Source: Phaeosaccion multiseriatum
Taxonomy: Eukaryota; Protista; Ochrophyta, other classes
Assembly (NCBI GenBank): GCA_965112735.1
Contig: OZ218950.1
Location: forward strand, 186,001 to 250,000
Direction: 5' to 3'
Length of the DNA: 64,000 nt
Of the stretch, positions 37,038-50,231 are shown one piece after another. Made by a program: the position numbers and the translations under genes. The notes below the pieces were generated by a model, which worked only from the letters and a program-made list of their open reading frames with translations, searched no databases and had not been told where the DNA came from. The first letter of the stretch is position 1. Every line of letters begins with the position of its first letter.

Positions 37038-40000
37038 TGTGTGTGAGGGGCAGCCGGGCTGTGTATTCGTTGCGCGTTTCTTTCGGCATCCTGAAATGCC
37101 GCTGCAGTGCGCCCTCTGTGTTCATGTATCGTAGAGATGCTTCATGTGGCTCACTCCCTCTGTGTTCATGGATCGTATCGTAGAGAAGCTTCATGTGGCT
37201 CACTTGCCTCTGCTCCGCTTTTCTGTCCTCTGCTGGACGCCCCTCCGCCCCTCCCTCATAACACTGACTGACTGACTGGCAGGGGGCAACTCACAGAGGA
37301 GCAGGCCACCGAACAGCTGGATGTTGCACTCGACGAGTTCGGCGTCAATTTCATCGACACAGCAGAGGTAAGAGAGCTGAAGAGAGAGAAAGAGAGAGAG
37401 GGATAGGGAAGTAAGAAGGACGTGTGGGTGAAGTAGTCCATCTCCCCTCCGTGCAGCCGACGCACGGAACGCACACTCACCCATGCATGCACCCTCTCCT
37501 TTTGTCGCTCTCTCTCTCTGTGTCTTTTTTGTTGTGTGTGTGTGTGCACCGCCACAGCTATACCCCGCCCCTTTCAGGGCAGAGACTCAGGGGGACAGCG
37601 ACCGAATCGTGGGCAAGTGGCTCAAGACACGTAATAGGGACGAACTTGTCATCGCAGCCAATGTGAGTGAGGACACTTCCCATCCCTACAGGGCCTTCTC
37701 CCTTCCCTCTCCATCTTTCTCTCTTTGTATATATATGCATTCTTTCCTCTCTCCATCTCTCTGTATACATATACATGTATATATATACATGTACATGTAT
37801 ATATGTATATCTTCCCTTCTCCTGTGGCACTAGGCTGCCCCCCCGCACGATTGATTGCCCACGACACGCACTCATCCACCCCCTCCCCTCTCCCTCCCTC
37901 CCTCCCTCCCTCCCTCCCCACCCTCTCTCCCTCCCTCCCCACCCTCTCTCCCTCCCTCCCCACCCTCCCGTCCATTGCCATCCCAACACCACAGGTGGCG
38001 GGGCGAAGCGAGAACCCTTACTTAAGGGCGGATGGGCGGGGAACGCGAGTCGATAAAAAGAACATCCAAGAGAGCGTTGACGCCTCTCTGCAGCGACTCG
38101 GCACGGTGAGGGGGGGGGGGGGGAGTTGCAGCTGCCTTTAGAACTCCTTCTACTGCTCTATTACTTCGAACTATGAAATCTACTACAACTACTGCTGACA
38201 AGCTTGCTCTCCCCTCCCCCATCCACTGCCATCCCCCCCCCAGGATCACATCGACCTTCTGCAGATCCACTGGCCTGAGCGTTACACCCCCGCCCCTGGG
38301 CAGCGCGGTTACGACCCTTCGCTGGAGAGGGACGATGACGTGTCCATCTTCGAGCAGGTATGTAAGGAGACTTGGGGGGTGGGGGAGGAGGGCAGGGTGG
38401 CCCAAGCAGCCCAAGCAGACAGGGCAGAGGGTCGGAAGAGGGTCAGGCGTGATGAGAGGTGTGATCGAAGGGGGCCGGTCTGAAACGTCTGAAACGTCTG
38501 AAACGTCTGAAACGAGGCGCGGCGTGAGGGCGTCCGTTGTGTTGGTGAAGAAGGAAGGACAAAGGTTTACCAACACTTCTGTGCCGCTCTATCACTCGAC
38601 TCTACCGCCTCCCTCTCTCTCCTTACATGTAACATGTACATTATATTATTATATGCGTTCATGTATACATATTATATATATATTATTCAAATAGATCCCC
38701 CTGTCTCCCCTCTCTCTCTACCCAATCCCAACACTCGAACGAACACCCTCCCCCTCCCCCTTGTATACACATATTATATATATTATTCAAATAGATCCCC
38801 CTCTGTCTCCCCTCTCTCTCTACCCAATCCCAACACTCGAACGAACACCCTCCCCCTCCCCCTCCCCCTCCCCCTCCGCGCAGCTGGAGGCCATGGATAG
38901 CGTCATCAAGGCTGGCAAGGTGCGTCACATCGGTGTGGCAAACGAAACGCCCTTCGGCATCTCCAAGTTCATCACCTTTGCGGAGAGGGAGGGCCTGCCC
39001 AGGATACGCAGCGTGCAGGTGAGTGAGTTGGTGATACAGAGGGTGAGAGAGGGGGGGTTGTGCGTGTGAGGGGGTGAGAGAGAGAGCGTGTGGGTGTGTG
39101 TATCTGTGTGTGAGAGAGAGCGTGTGGGTGTGTGTATCTGTGTGTGAGAGAGAGCGTGTGGGTGTGTGTATTTGTTTGTGAGAGAGCGTGTGGGTGTGTG
39201 TATTTGTGAGAGAGAGAGCGTGTGGGTGTGTGTCTCTGTGTGTGTGAGAGAGCGTGTGGGTATGTGTATTTGTGAGAGAGAGAGCGTGTGGGTGTGTGTC
39301 TCTGTGTGTGAGAGAGAGCGTGTGGGTGTGTGTATTTGTTTGTGAGAGAGCGTGTGGGTGTGTGTATGTTTGTGAGAGAGAGAGAGCGTGTGGGTGTGTG
39401 TGAGAGAGAGAGAGCGTGTGGGTGTGTGTATGTGTGTGTGAGAGAGATTGTGTGTGGAGAAGACGCGAACGAAGCTGTGGAAGGGGAGGTACTCAAACAT
39501 AACCCAGCCCCTTCCTTAGTCCCTCCCTGTCATACCCTCCCTCCCTCCCTCCCTCCCTCCTTCCCCTCCTGTCAGAACCCCTACAACCTCCTAAACCGAG
39601 CCGACGTGGAGTACTCAGGCTTGCTCGAGATGTGCTCGCCACTTCACTTCGACATCGCCGTCCTCGGCCACTCCCCCCTGGCCGGCGGCATTCTGTCGGG
39701 CAAGTACCGTCTGCAGCTCACGGAGAACGGAGCGCCTCTCCTGGGACAGAAGATGCCCGTCAAGGGAAGACTACACGTGTTTCCGGTGCGTGTGTGTGTG
39801 CGTGTGTGCGTGTGCGTGTGTGCGTGCGTGGGGAGGGGGCCGACGGTGGGGCGGGCGACTTGTGGGCGAGTGAGCGCCCCACTTGAGAAAGGCTAGAGGC
39901 TGAAGGCTGTTGGCCGAATGCTGCTGGCTGAAGGCTGTTGGCCGAATGCTGCCGCTCGAAGTGGAGGAAGTGGAGAACATGCACTTGATCTCATCCTCTG

Positions 40001-41163
40001 TACACCCCCCCCCCCCCTCCCCTCATTCCCCTTCCCTTCCCTTCTCTTCCCTCTCCCTTCCCGATGTTGTCTTGTTGTATTTGTGCGTGCGTGCGTGCGT
40101 GTGTGCATATACACCCAACCACTGGCGACTGCCTGGACTCACAGGGGGCGATGGAGGCATACCGCAACAGCGACTGCGAGGAGGCCATCAAGCTGTACAT
40201 GGAGGCGGCGGATGTGAACTGCGTGGAGCCCTTCCAGCTGGGCCTCAAATGGGTGTACTCCAGAGACTTCATCACCAGCTGTGTTGTGGGTGCGTGTGCG
40301 ATCGATCGAGCGTTGTGATGAGCGTAGGAGGGGGAGAGGGAGGGGGCTTTTATGGACTTAAAAGAAATGAACCTAAGACTTACGTATGTGCGTGTGCCGG
40401 TGTGGGGAGCGAGAGGGGTGGTACATGTGTTGGTTGGAGGGCTCGTCTCTGCGGCCTTTCTACACCGCATATATGTTTCTCCCCTCCTCCTGTATCCCCC
40501 TTCCAACTGTGATTGTTCCCTTACTGCCAACTGCTGCAGCAAGCCCCCCCCATACTCATTATGTGTCCTCTCCCTCCCCATCAGGCGCCAACGATACGGA
40601 GGACCTCCGGCTGGACATTGAGGCTGTGAACTGCCCCATGCTGCCCAAGGCGGAGGAGCTCATCAAGAAGGCATATCAGAAGTATCCAGACCCCACCAAG
40701 GGAAAGAGGTGAGAAACGAGGTAGAGAGGTGGGGGGAGGTTGGAGAGGCAGATCCACAGAGACAGAGAGATTGAGAGAGAGAGAGGGAGGTGGACAGACA
40801 GAGAGACAGACAGATAGAGAGACACGATAACCCGGTGGTGCTCTTCAAAGAGTTCTGTGATTCACTGCCTTACTAACCGGCTTACGTTTCTCCCCCACCA
40901 GTTTCATGACTATGACGGAGATGCATTACGAGGCATGGCGTCTTCAAGACCGGCTCATCCCAAAGCTTGACGATGACGACTGCCTGCTGGGAGGGTCTGT
41001 GAAGCGTGGGGTGGACGTGAATAGGGAACTCGAGCAGCGGATGGAGAGGGACAAAGACTTGCTGTGGAAGTCGCCGAGGCACTTTGAGGGCCCTCACAGG
41101 CATTGGGATAATGAGAAGATGTGGGGCAGGAAGAGGGTCGAGGAGACCTCACCCTTCGCCTAG
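36449..41163 (+). CDS. Aldo-keto reductase, Tas-like, multi-exon, with N-terminal targeting peptide
   Basis: Exons [28 protein letters not shown]|LYP, SLQRLGT|[31 protein letters not shown] and [12 protein letters not shown]. The exact start and last exon are less certain. Confidence 0.88.
39060..39452. repeat. Intronic compound minisatellite (gagagagcgtgtgggtgtgtgt..., ~26-32 bp units)
   Basis: About a dozen units with a conserved gagcgtgtgggt core inside an AKR intron. Confidence 0.85.
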
Positions 41164-41469
41164 TTTGAGTTTGAGTTTGAGTTTATGGGAGTTGGCGGGG
41201 GGAGGGAGGGGAGGGGAGGGGGAACGGAGGGACGGGGGGGAAAGAGGAGGAGGGGGGAGGGAGGGAGGAAGGGAGGAAAAGTGACGGGGGAGGGAAGCGG
41301 GGGAGGGAGAGAAGGAAGGAGGCAGCAATTAACCACAGAATGAATGAATGAAAGCATTGATGAATGACTGTGTCGAGGAATACTTTTCTTCCGCAGCCAG
41401 ACTTGTCTTGTTCATGCAGTGTTCCTCTCACAGAGCTTTGTCGTTGTCCAGGGTGTGGCATGTGGAGCA

Positions 41470-41587
41470 ATGCCGAGCAATGCTTGCTACTACTACTGCT
41501 ACTACTACTACTCCTCCTCCTCCTCCTACTACTACTACTACTACTACTACTACTAATGCCGAGCAATGCTTGCTGCTACTACTACTG

Positions 41588-41623
<36 letters not shown>

Positions 41624-41635
41624 CTACTACTACTG

Positions 41636-41718
<83 letters not shown>

Positions 41719-41802
41719 GCTACTACTACTCCTCCTCCTCCTCCTACTACTACTACTGCTACTACTACTACTACTACTACTACTAATGCCGAGCAATGCT
41801 TG

Positions 41803-41896
<94 letters not shown>

Positions 41897-41916
41897 ATGC
41901 CGAGCAATGCTTGCTA
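41470..41916. repeat. (CTA)n/(CCT)n microsatellite array punctuated by four copies of aatgccgagcaatgcttgc
   Basis: Motif at ~41470, ~41555, ~41785 and ~41897, separated by CTA tracts of different length. Confidence 0.9.
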
Positions 41917-42423
41917 GTACAGTAGCGCAACATGACAAGGAATGGCAGAGACTCAACCCACGCCATCTTGACGGCTCCGCCCGCTTCACTAGAGCAGTAG
42001 AGTACAAGCAGAACAGGACGAGTAGAATCAAGACAACAACAACAACAACAAAAAGACAAAGACACGCATTTTGCTCTTGCAATGGTAATCGCAGAGAGAG
42101 AGAGAGAGAGTGAGAGAGTCCCAAGGAGCGCCTCCAAGACGTTTGAAACGGCCAAAGCCAAGTGTGAATCAATTGAATGTTGTATTCATGAATCAAGAGG
42201 CGCACCTTGAGTAATAAGGCAATGAAGGGGGGCTGCCAGTGGACGAAGCTCGAGGCTGGCCACCATGCTCACCATGCTCACCATGCTTGCCGAGCTTGCC
42301 GAGGGGCGAGACTTTGCGCTGCTCGAGGTACGTATCCCTGTATCACCAACTGCTCAAAGTCTGTGAATATATGTGTGTGCAGCGGCACACCAACCTCCTG
42401 CTGTGGTACGTAATCATACGTAA

Positions 42424-45400
42424 TTATTTGCCCCCTCCCTCTGCGGCGGCGGCGGTGGCGGCGGCGGAAGAGAGATACTTTTGGTGCGCGTCCTCCTGCC
42501 TCTTGCGCTCCTTTTGAAGCTTTTTGAGGCGGCTCTTCGGCAGTGCCTCCCCCTCCGCGTCGTGCGTGGGCAGGCCCGTCTCTTCGTCCCACTTACTAAA
42601 CAGCCCCACCTGCCCCTCCTGCTTGAACCACTCCTTCGGCGGTATCTTGGCGAGGGCCTCCTTTTTGGCCGCTGCCTCCATCGCTGCTCTCGCCCCCTCC
42701 TCCTTGGCCCGTGCCTTGGCCAACGCCTCTGCCTCCTTGGCCTCCCTCTCCTTGAGAAGTTCCGCAGGGTCCACAAGCTTCCAAACGCTCGAGTCCGGCT
42801 TGTCCTCTAAACGCACTCCGCACGGAGGCAAAAGGTCGTCCCTGACCTCGTCGCTGGCCTTTAACACTCCACTCAAGTCTCCCGTGCGTGCGCAGGTTCG
42901 GACCTTCTCCCGGTATGCGCTCAGGGCGTCAAGCACCGGCGCCAACATCGCTTCCCTGCTGGCCCCTCCTCCGCCTCCTCCGCCTCCTCCACCGTCTCCC
43001 TCTCCTCCTGCACCCTGTCCCGCGTCGAAGCCAATGTCGACTCCTTCCCCCACCAGACCGAAGCACTTGAATATGTGTGTGATGTATCCGGCGGCGTTGC
43101 TGAGGAGAGTACAAACGTACTTCTCCTTGGCCGCCTCCTTCGTGCGAATGTACTAACACCACATACGTCATGAAATGGAATGGTAAGTAATAGTACGTAA
43201 GCAATGGTGAGTTAGGGTGGGTGCCAATGACAAACGAGACGCGCGAGACGAAGCAGAGACAAAGTAGACAGGCAAAGAGACAAAGCGCAAAGCTTTGACT
43301 TTGAGCTTGAGTCTGCTGCCGTCAGTCTCCTGCCGCCAGTCTGCTGTAGTCTCTCATGGCAGGGCCTGTATATCACCAACCCACTCACCATGTTGACGGC
43401 CTTGACGAGGTCCTGCAGGGCGAGGAGCGCTACGGGGGTGTTGAAGTCGTCACACAGAGCGGTGTGCACGCTGTCCTTGGCAAGCTCCACAGCGCTGATC
43501 AAGACTGTCTCCGCCTCGCCGAACTTCAGGCTGGGGAGGGAGGGGGGGGGAGGAAAGAATTGATGAGTGACTAGTTGCAGCTGGCGAGAGAGAGAAAGAG
43601 AGAGAGCGGAGACAAGAGGCAGGGACAAGAGGCAGGGACAAGAGGCAGACACGCACACAGCCACTCACTCCTTATGCATTTACTTACCTGTCCATGGGGT
43701 GAGCGCTGCGCAGGGCAGTCTTGACATTGAGGAAGAACTCCGCAAACACTCTCTCCAAGTCCACGGCACCGTCCATCGTGTTATCCGCGTAGTCCATCTT
43801 GGAGGTGTACTTTTGCTTCAGGAACAGCAGCCGGATCTGTTGGAGGGTGGATCCATCGGGTAAGGGCTAATGAACAGAACTGAAGTGAACAGAACTGAAG
43901 TGAAGTGAAGTGAAGTGAACACACGCAACCCCCCCTACTTGTCCCTACCTGTCCCTACCTGTCCCTACCTGTCCCTACCTGTCCCTACCTGTCCCTACTT
44001 GTCCCTGTCCCTCCCTGTCCCCACCTGTCCCTACCTGTCCCTCCCTGTCCCTACCTGTCCCTACCTGTCCCTACCTGTCCCTACCTGTCCCTCCCTGTCC
44101 CTCCCTGTCCCTACCTGTCCCTACCTGTCCCTACCTGTCCCTACCTGTCCCCACCTGTCCCTACCTGTCCCTACCTGTCCCTCCCTGTCCCTACTTGTCC
44201 CTCCCTGTCCCTCCCTGTCCCCACCTGTCCCTACCTGTCCCTACCTGTCCCCACCTGTCCCTCCCTGTCCCTACCTGTCCCTACCTGCCCCTACCTGTCT
44301 GGCGCTGTTGAGCTCAAGGGCCTCCTTGATGGTGATGAAGTTCTTGAGACTCTTGCTCATCTTACGCCCCTTGATGTCCAAGTGCCCTGACACCAGGTAG
44401 GTAGGTAGGCAAGCAGGTAGGTAGGTAGGCAAGCAGGTAGGTAGGTAGGCAAGTAGATAGGTAGGTAGGTAGGTAGGTAGGTAGGTAGGTAGGTAGGTAG
44501 GTAGGTAGGTAGGTAGGTAGGTAGGTAGGTAGGTAGGTAGGTAGGCAAGTAGATAGGTAGGTAGGTACGTACATAGGTAGGTAGGTAGGTAGGTAGGTAG
44601 GCAAGTAGATAGGTGGGTAGGTAGGTGGGTAGGTAGGTACGTAGGTAGGGAGGTAGGGTGGGGTAGGGTGGGGTAGGGTGAGGTGGGGTGGGGGGACAGG
44701 GTCATACCGCGTGAGACTCACGACACCCCCCCCCCCCCCCAAGTGCCCCTGCTAGCTATTCCATATCACCAACCGCTCCACCTGCTCCTCTCTACCAGTC
44801 TGCCTCTCCACCTGCCTAGCCCCGTACTCTCAACCCATCACCTGTGCATTAAATGTTGGTCTTCTCCTTCCAGTGCTGACCTTCCCTCTGTCTACCTCTG
44901 TGCCCATGTGTGCAGCAAATGTTGACTTGACCTGCTCCTTGTCTACTCCTCCGCCCCTCTGCCTCTCTCTCTGCCCCTCTTCCCTCTCTACCTCTCTCTC
45001 TCTCCCTCTCTTTCTGCCTCTCTTGCCTCTCCTCCCCTCTCTCACTACTTGTACCTCTTTCCCTCTGTCCACCACAGCCCACCACAGCCCACCACACCCT
45101 GTACCTACCTGTGTGCAGGAAGTAATTGACCCACTGCTTGCACTCGTAGCATGCTTCTGCCTGCGCCATCTCGTTGTCATGGTGCGGGAACTGCAGGTCG
45201 ATGCCCCCGCTGTGTATGTCCATGGAGCCGTCGCCAAACTGTTGAAAGGTCCTGCCCGCCATGACGCTGCACTCAATGTGCCACCCCGGCCGGCCTGAAG
45301 GGGAGGAGGAGAGCATGCGAAATTGTGTTCGAGTTTCAGTTCAAGCACCACCGCCACCACCAGCAGTAGCAGCAGTTGGTGATACAGCAGTTGGTGATAC

Positions 45401-47328
45401 AGCAGCATGATGCACACCCACCTTTGCCCCAGGGAGAGTCCCAGTTGGGCTCTCCGGGCTTGCAAGCTTTCCACAGAGCGAAGTCCGCAGCGCTCTGTTT
45501 GTCGCTGGCCCCCAAGCTGTTCAGCACCCCTGCAGATGGCAGCACATGGCACAGCACAGAGAAAAATAGCACGGCAGGGGGGGAGGGGAGGGTGTGTGTG
45601 TGAACAAAGCAAAACCAACGCCTCCTCTGGCACTGCCTCATCCCCCTCTGCTCCCCCCCAGCTCCTCCTCCTCTTCCTCTTCCTCCTCCTCCTCCTCCTC
45701 CTCCTCCTCCTCCTCCTCCTCCTCTCTTGTCTTACCTTCCCCCTCTGCCAGCCCCTCTGCCAGCATTTCTGCGCTCTTGGGGGCCTCAGGCTTGCATTTG
45801 GCATAAGCGTGGCCGTTCTTGCCGTCGTCGAACTTGTCCACGGCGAAGTACACGCTCCCGTTGCTCTCGTAGGCGTAACCGTTGGCGATGATGGTTTGGA
45901 TGTACTCAATAATCTCCGGGATGAACTCGGAAACCTGGCACCGATGGATGGCAGTGGATGTATGGATGGGTAGATGGATAGGTGTCAGGACGGCTGGACA
46001 CCGGGGCAAGGGGGAGAGAGAGTGTCCAAGAGAGTGAGGAGGGACTACTTCCGACAAATGGCCTCACTCACTCACTCACTCACTCCCGCACGCACTACCA
46101 GACTCAGTCACTCACGATCTCACTCGCTTACTGCCCCCCTCTCTCTCCATCTCTCCCTCACCTCCCTCATTCCCTTCCTCCCTCCCTCCCTCCCGCCCTC
46201 CCCCACTCACCCGTGTGATAAAATCGGGTACCTTAACCCCAAGCTTGCCCATGTCCTCCATGAAGTCCGCCTCATTGAACGCCGCCACCTCTCGGAAGTC
46301 CTTGCCCTCCTCCTGAGACTTCTTGATGATCTTGTCGTCGACATCCTGTGAGAGGCATACGGAGCGAGGAGGGGAGGGGGGAAGGGCGTGTGTGTTCCGT
46401 GAAGTGAAGTGGAGAAAGCGAGTAAGCACTCGAGGCAGAGAAAGCCTGAGGTGAAGATCATGCCGTATCGCTTCCCGCCTCTTACCTCCTCACGCACCAC
46501 CTCCTCCTCCTCCTCCTCCTCCTCCTCCTCCTCCTCCTCCTCCTCCTCCTCCTCCGCCTCCTCCTCCTCTCCTCCTCCTCCTCCCCCGCACCGCAACCTA
46601 CCGTGATGTTCATGCACATGAGCACGTTGTAGCCAAAGTACTTGCTCATAATGCGGCGGAGGATGTCAGAACTGAGGTACGTCCGAGCGTGGCCCATGTG
46701 CGAGGCGGCGTACACGGTGGGGCCACACATGTACCACAGCACTCGGCGGTCGTCCTTGGGCACGAAGGGCACCTGTACACCATGTATATCATAAAGGTAG
46801 TGAGTGGAAGGCATGCGTTTGGGGGGGGGAGGTTTGCAGACCGTAATCAACATGCAGCCAATACAATACATGTATGCAGATACGGGGAATACCAAACATG
46901 CAGCGGTGGATGCTGGAATGAAGGCAGCTTGCAGGCTGGGCGAGAAGGCCATGACTGCTTTCACGCCTCCTGCCACCGAGAGAATGGGGATGAGGGTGTG
47001 GGGAACCATTCTCCCCAAAGAAGAGTAGTACCTCCGCTAGCAAGCCATGGACCGAAGCCTATCCCCTACTCGCATACAAGACATGGTTCTCTCATCACTA
47101 TTCCCGACCCTCCTTCTCTACGGCTCCATGCGGCTGCTGCTCTGCTCCTCTCTCGCTTTGACGTCCACGCACCTTGGACCGGGTGAGGGAGTTGGTCAGC
47201 TTGAGTGGGTAGAACTTGGCGTAGAAGTCCTGCATCCCTCCCTCCCCCATGGGTGCGGGAGGCCTCCACAGCGGCATTGCCTGCACCTCCTTTGCCTGCT
47301 GCTGCTGCTGCTGCTGCTGCTGCGCCAT
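42424..47328 (-). CDS. CARS: Cysteinyl-tRNA synthetase (cytosolic type), multi-exon
   Basis: [20 protein letters not shown] (HIGH-type), [56 protein letters not shown] and the eukaryotic C-terminus [14 protein letters not shown]. Confidence 0.95.
43933..44299. repeat. Intronic 10-bp tandem repeat (cctacctgtc)n
   Basis: Direct reading of the sequence; lies in a CysRS intron. Confidence 0.95.
44396..44650. repeat. Intronic (GGTA)n microsatellite
   Basis: Direct reading of the sequence; flanks the KMSKS exon. Confidence 0.95.
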
Positions 47329-47474
47329 GCTTTCACGCCTTTGTGAAAGAAGGTGTTTGCGGTGGCCTGCCTAAAAGTAAGGATGGCACCAAACGTTTCC
47401 GCCTATTCTCTCCTCTTTTATTTTCTCTCGCCCTTTAATGAAGACAAGAGACAGGGGAGGAGGCAAGAGAAGGG

Positions 47475-49523
47475 ATGCCACTAATCCCGAGAGGCTTCGA
47501 GGCCACGGCTCACCCTATATTTATAGAGGAGGACAGGCGCAGGAGGAGAGTAGCTGCGGAGAGGGAGAGGGCTTTGGCTGCCGCTTCCAACGCTGCCGCT
47601 GCCGCTGCCGGTTCATCTCCGGGGGATCCCGCTCTCGACCTGCTGCTTGTGGAGGAAGGAGCTTCGAGCAAGAGAGAGTGGGGAGGAGCTTCCACTTCTG
47701 GTTTTGATGATGGGTCCACTCCGGCAGCTCCGATTTGCCCAATCTGCTTGTCGCAGTTCTCTGCGCCGGTCACCCTTGTGGAGTGCCTTCATAGCTTCTG
47801 CTACCACTGCATTGTTAAGGTCCGTGCACATACAAGAGGCTGGCTGACTGATTGATTCCGCAAGTAGCTGCAGCACCTACCTCTCTTCGATTGGTGCCCC
47901 CCCCTCGATGCCTGGACTTACCATCCTCCTTCTCCCCCCCCCCCCCCCCCTCTCTCTCTCTCCGTCTCACTCTCTCGTGCCTTCCTCTCTCGTGCGATGA
48001 CGCGGGGGCATCGGCAGTGGTTCAAGCACGTCCTTGCCACAGCTCCGTCTTCTTCATCATCAGGACATCAGCATCCCTGTGGGTTACTCCGCTGCCCGCT
48101 ATGTAAAGCTCACACTGGACACTTCGTCCTTTGTGCCGCCGCGGAGGGGGGCGGGGCACAGACAGGAGGGGGAGAAGCGGGAGAGGCGGGAGAGGCGCGA
48201 GAAGCGTCGAAGAAACCAGATGATGATGATGATGAGGTGGACGACAGCGGGGACAGGGAAAGGCCTCACGGAGTGGGGAGCAAGAGCAGCGGCAGTAGCA
48301 GAAGAAGTAGTAGCAGTCGTAGTAACAGTAACAATGGCAGTAGCCACCGGAGTGGAAGCAGCAAGAAGAGGAGCAGGACGTGCTCCGTAGCTCCAACGCC
48401 GACAACGACCTGGTCGGCCTTCCGCTTGCTGACACTCAATGTAGCCGCAGCTGGCTCAGGCTCAGCTGCCTCAGGCTCAGCTGCCTCAGGCTCAGCTGCC
48501 TCAGGCTCAGCCACCGACCCGCGGGGGGGGCGGAGCACCGGTGGTGCGAGGAAGGCATCGTCCTTGGAGCCTTACCCTGACCCTGCTCGAGTGCGCTCGG
48601 CAGTGCGTGTGCAGAGACGCGTGGTGGCAGCGTTGGGCCGGTACCTGCAGGAGCAGCAGTTGGTGATACAGCAGGAGGAAGAGGAACAGGCAGGGGTGGA
48701 GGGCGACACCATCGGAGAACAAGGTCCAAGTGGGAGAGGGGGTGGCCGTCCGGGGCATGGCCATCGCCGGAGGAGGGGGCGGAGACGAGGAGAAGGCCGT
48801 GAGGGAGGGAAGGCAGCAGATGACAGAAAAGGGGAGGGAAGGCAGCAGATGACAGAAAAGGAGATGGGCAAGGAGGGCACGGTTGAGGGCAAGAGCGTGA
48901 TAGGGGAGGTTGGGCGAGTAGGAGGGGGGGCAGGAGCAGCAGCGGAAGGTCCCAGCGGAGAGAGGAGTACGGACAGACGGAGGAGAAGCGGTAGTGGCAG
49001 CCGCGCATGCGACAGCCGCTGGAGCAGTAGCTACAGCAGTAGTAGCAACCGAAGCCACAAACGCAGCCGACTGGCACCGAAGCGCCACTGCGGGGGGGAG
49101 GGGGGGGGGGAGAGGGAGAGGGAGGGGGAGAGGGAGGGGCAGAGGGGAGGCAGCAGACTGGACGGGGGGGAGAGGGAAGGAAGCTCACGAGTGAGGAGTA
49201 AGGCTGACGGGGGCGCGAGGGGCTCTCCTTCGAGAGGAGAAAGAGATCATGATGCCGCCTCCCCCCCCCCTGCTTCTCTGGCCCGCCCTTGTGCATATGG
49301 CCATGGTGGTGGTGGTAGTGGCGGTGGTGGTGGTGGTGGTAATGATGGTGGTGATGGCGTCGAGGACAGCGACTCTACCCCGGCGGCAAGACCCTCTGGA
49401 GTGGCTGGAGTGGGAAGTAGCGCCGCCTCGGTCGAGGAGCAGCAGCTCCGGGAAGCAACGGCCAGGGAGAGAGCCCTGTTGTCTCTCCTTCCATGGAGAA
49501 GGAGGAGGGGCATGCTCTGCTGA
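47475..49523 (+). CDS. C3HC4 RING-finger protein with long disordered C-terminus (2 exons)
   Basis: CPICLSQFSAPVTLVECLHSFCYHCIVK|WFKH...CPLC across an intron at ~47820-48017. Confidence 0.75.
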
Positions 49524-50231
49524 CACCTGGTACTTGAGAGAGAGTGTGTATGGGGCGTACGCTGCTGACACCTGGTACTAACACGACACCACTGCCCAGA
49601 CAAAGCTTCGGAGAATGGGGTGGACTCGTCTGTGCTGGCCAGGAGCGCACGGGGATGGCACCAGACGGTATATGGGCCAATGCCTGCGTCATTATCGGTT
49701 CTCGATACGGTATTGGTCGGAGTCAATATACTAAAACTGAAACTCATCTATTGCTTTACACAGTTGGCGATTGGCGAGAAAGCACATCCGATACGTACAA
49801 CCAATCCTTGCAATTGAGAACCTGACTTTTGATGTTGTGGCCTCATGCCGAGGAGGCGAGCAACCAATGTGTCAAGTCCAGCAGTCAAGAAGACATACAA
49901 ACACCACTCACATGAACCTGTCCACTCACCCTTCAATCTCTCTCTCTCCCTCTGTCTCTGTCTCCCCCCCCCCCCCCACCCCCCCTCTCTCCCACCTTCC
50001 ACTCGCTCTCTCTCTCTTTCGCTCGCCCCCCCCCCTCTCTCTCTCATTCTCTCCCATCTCTCTCTCGCTTTGCTTCCCTCTCCCAGCCGCTCCAAAGCGT
50101 CTTCCATTCATATACATAAAAACAAACACCTTAGCCGCAGCGTGAAAGAGAGAGGGCTTCTCCAATTAACATACCCCCTCGCTCCTTGCTCCTCTCGACT
50201 CGGAAACTGGTCGTGCCCTCAGCACTGGCAC

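Noticed and set aside
41348-42161. Poly-Leu/Tyr/Thr/Ser ORFs
   Set aside because: These are translations of the CTA microsatellite.
43915-44742. Repeat-protein ORFs ([14 protein letters not shown])
   Set aside because: These are intronic tandem repeats of the CysRS gene.
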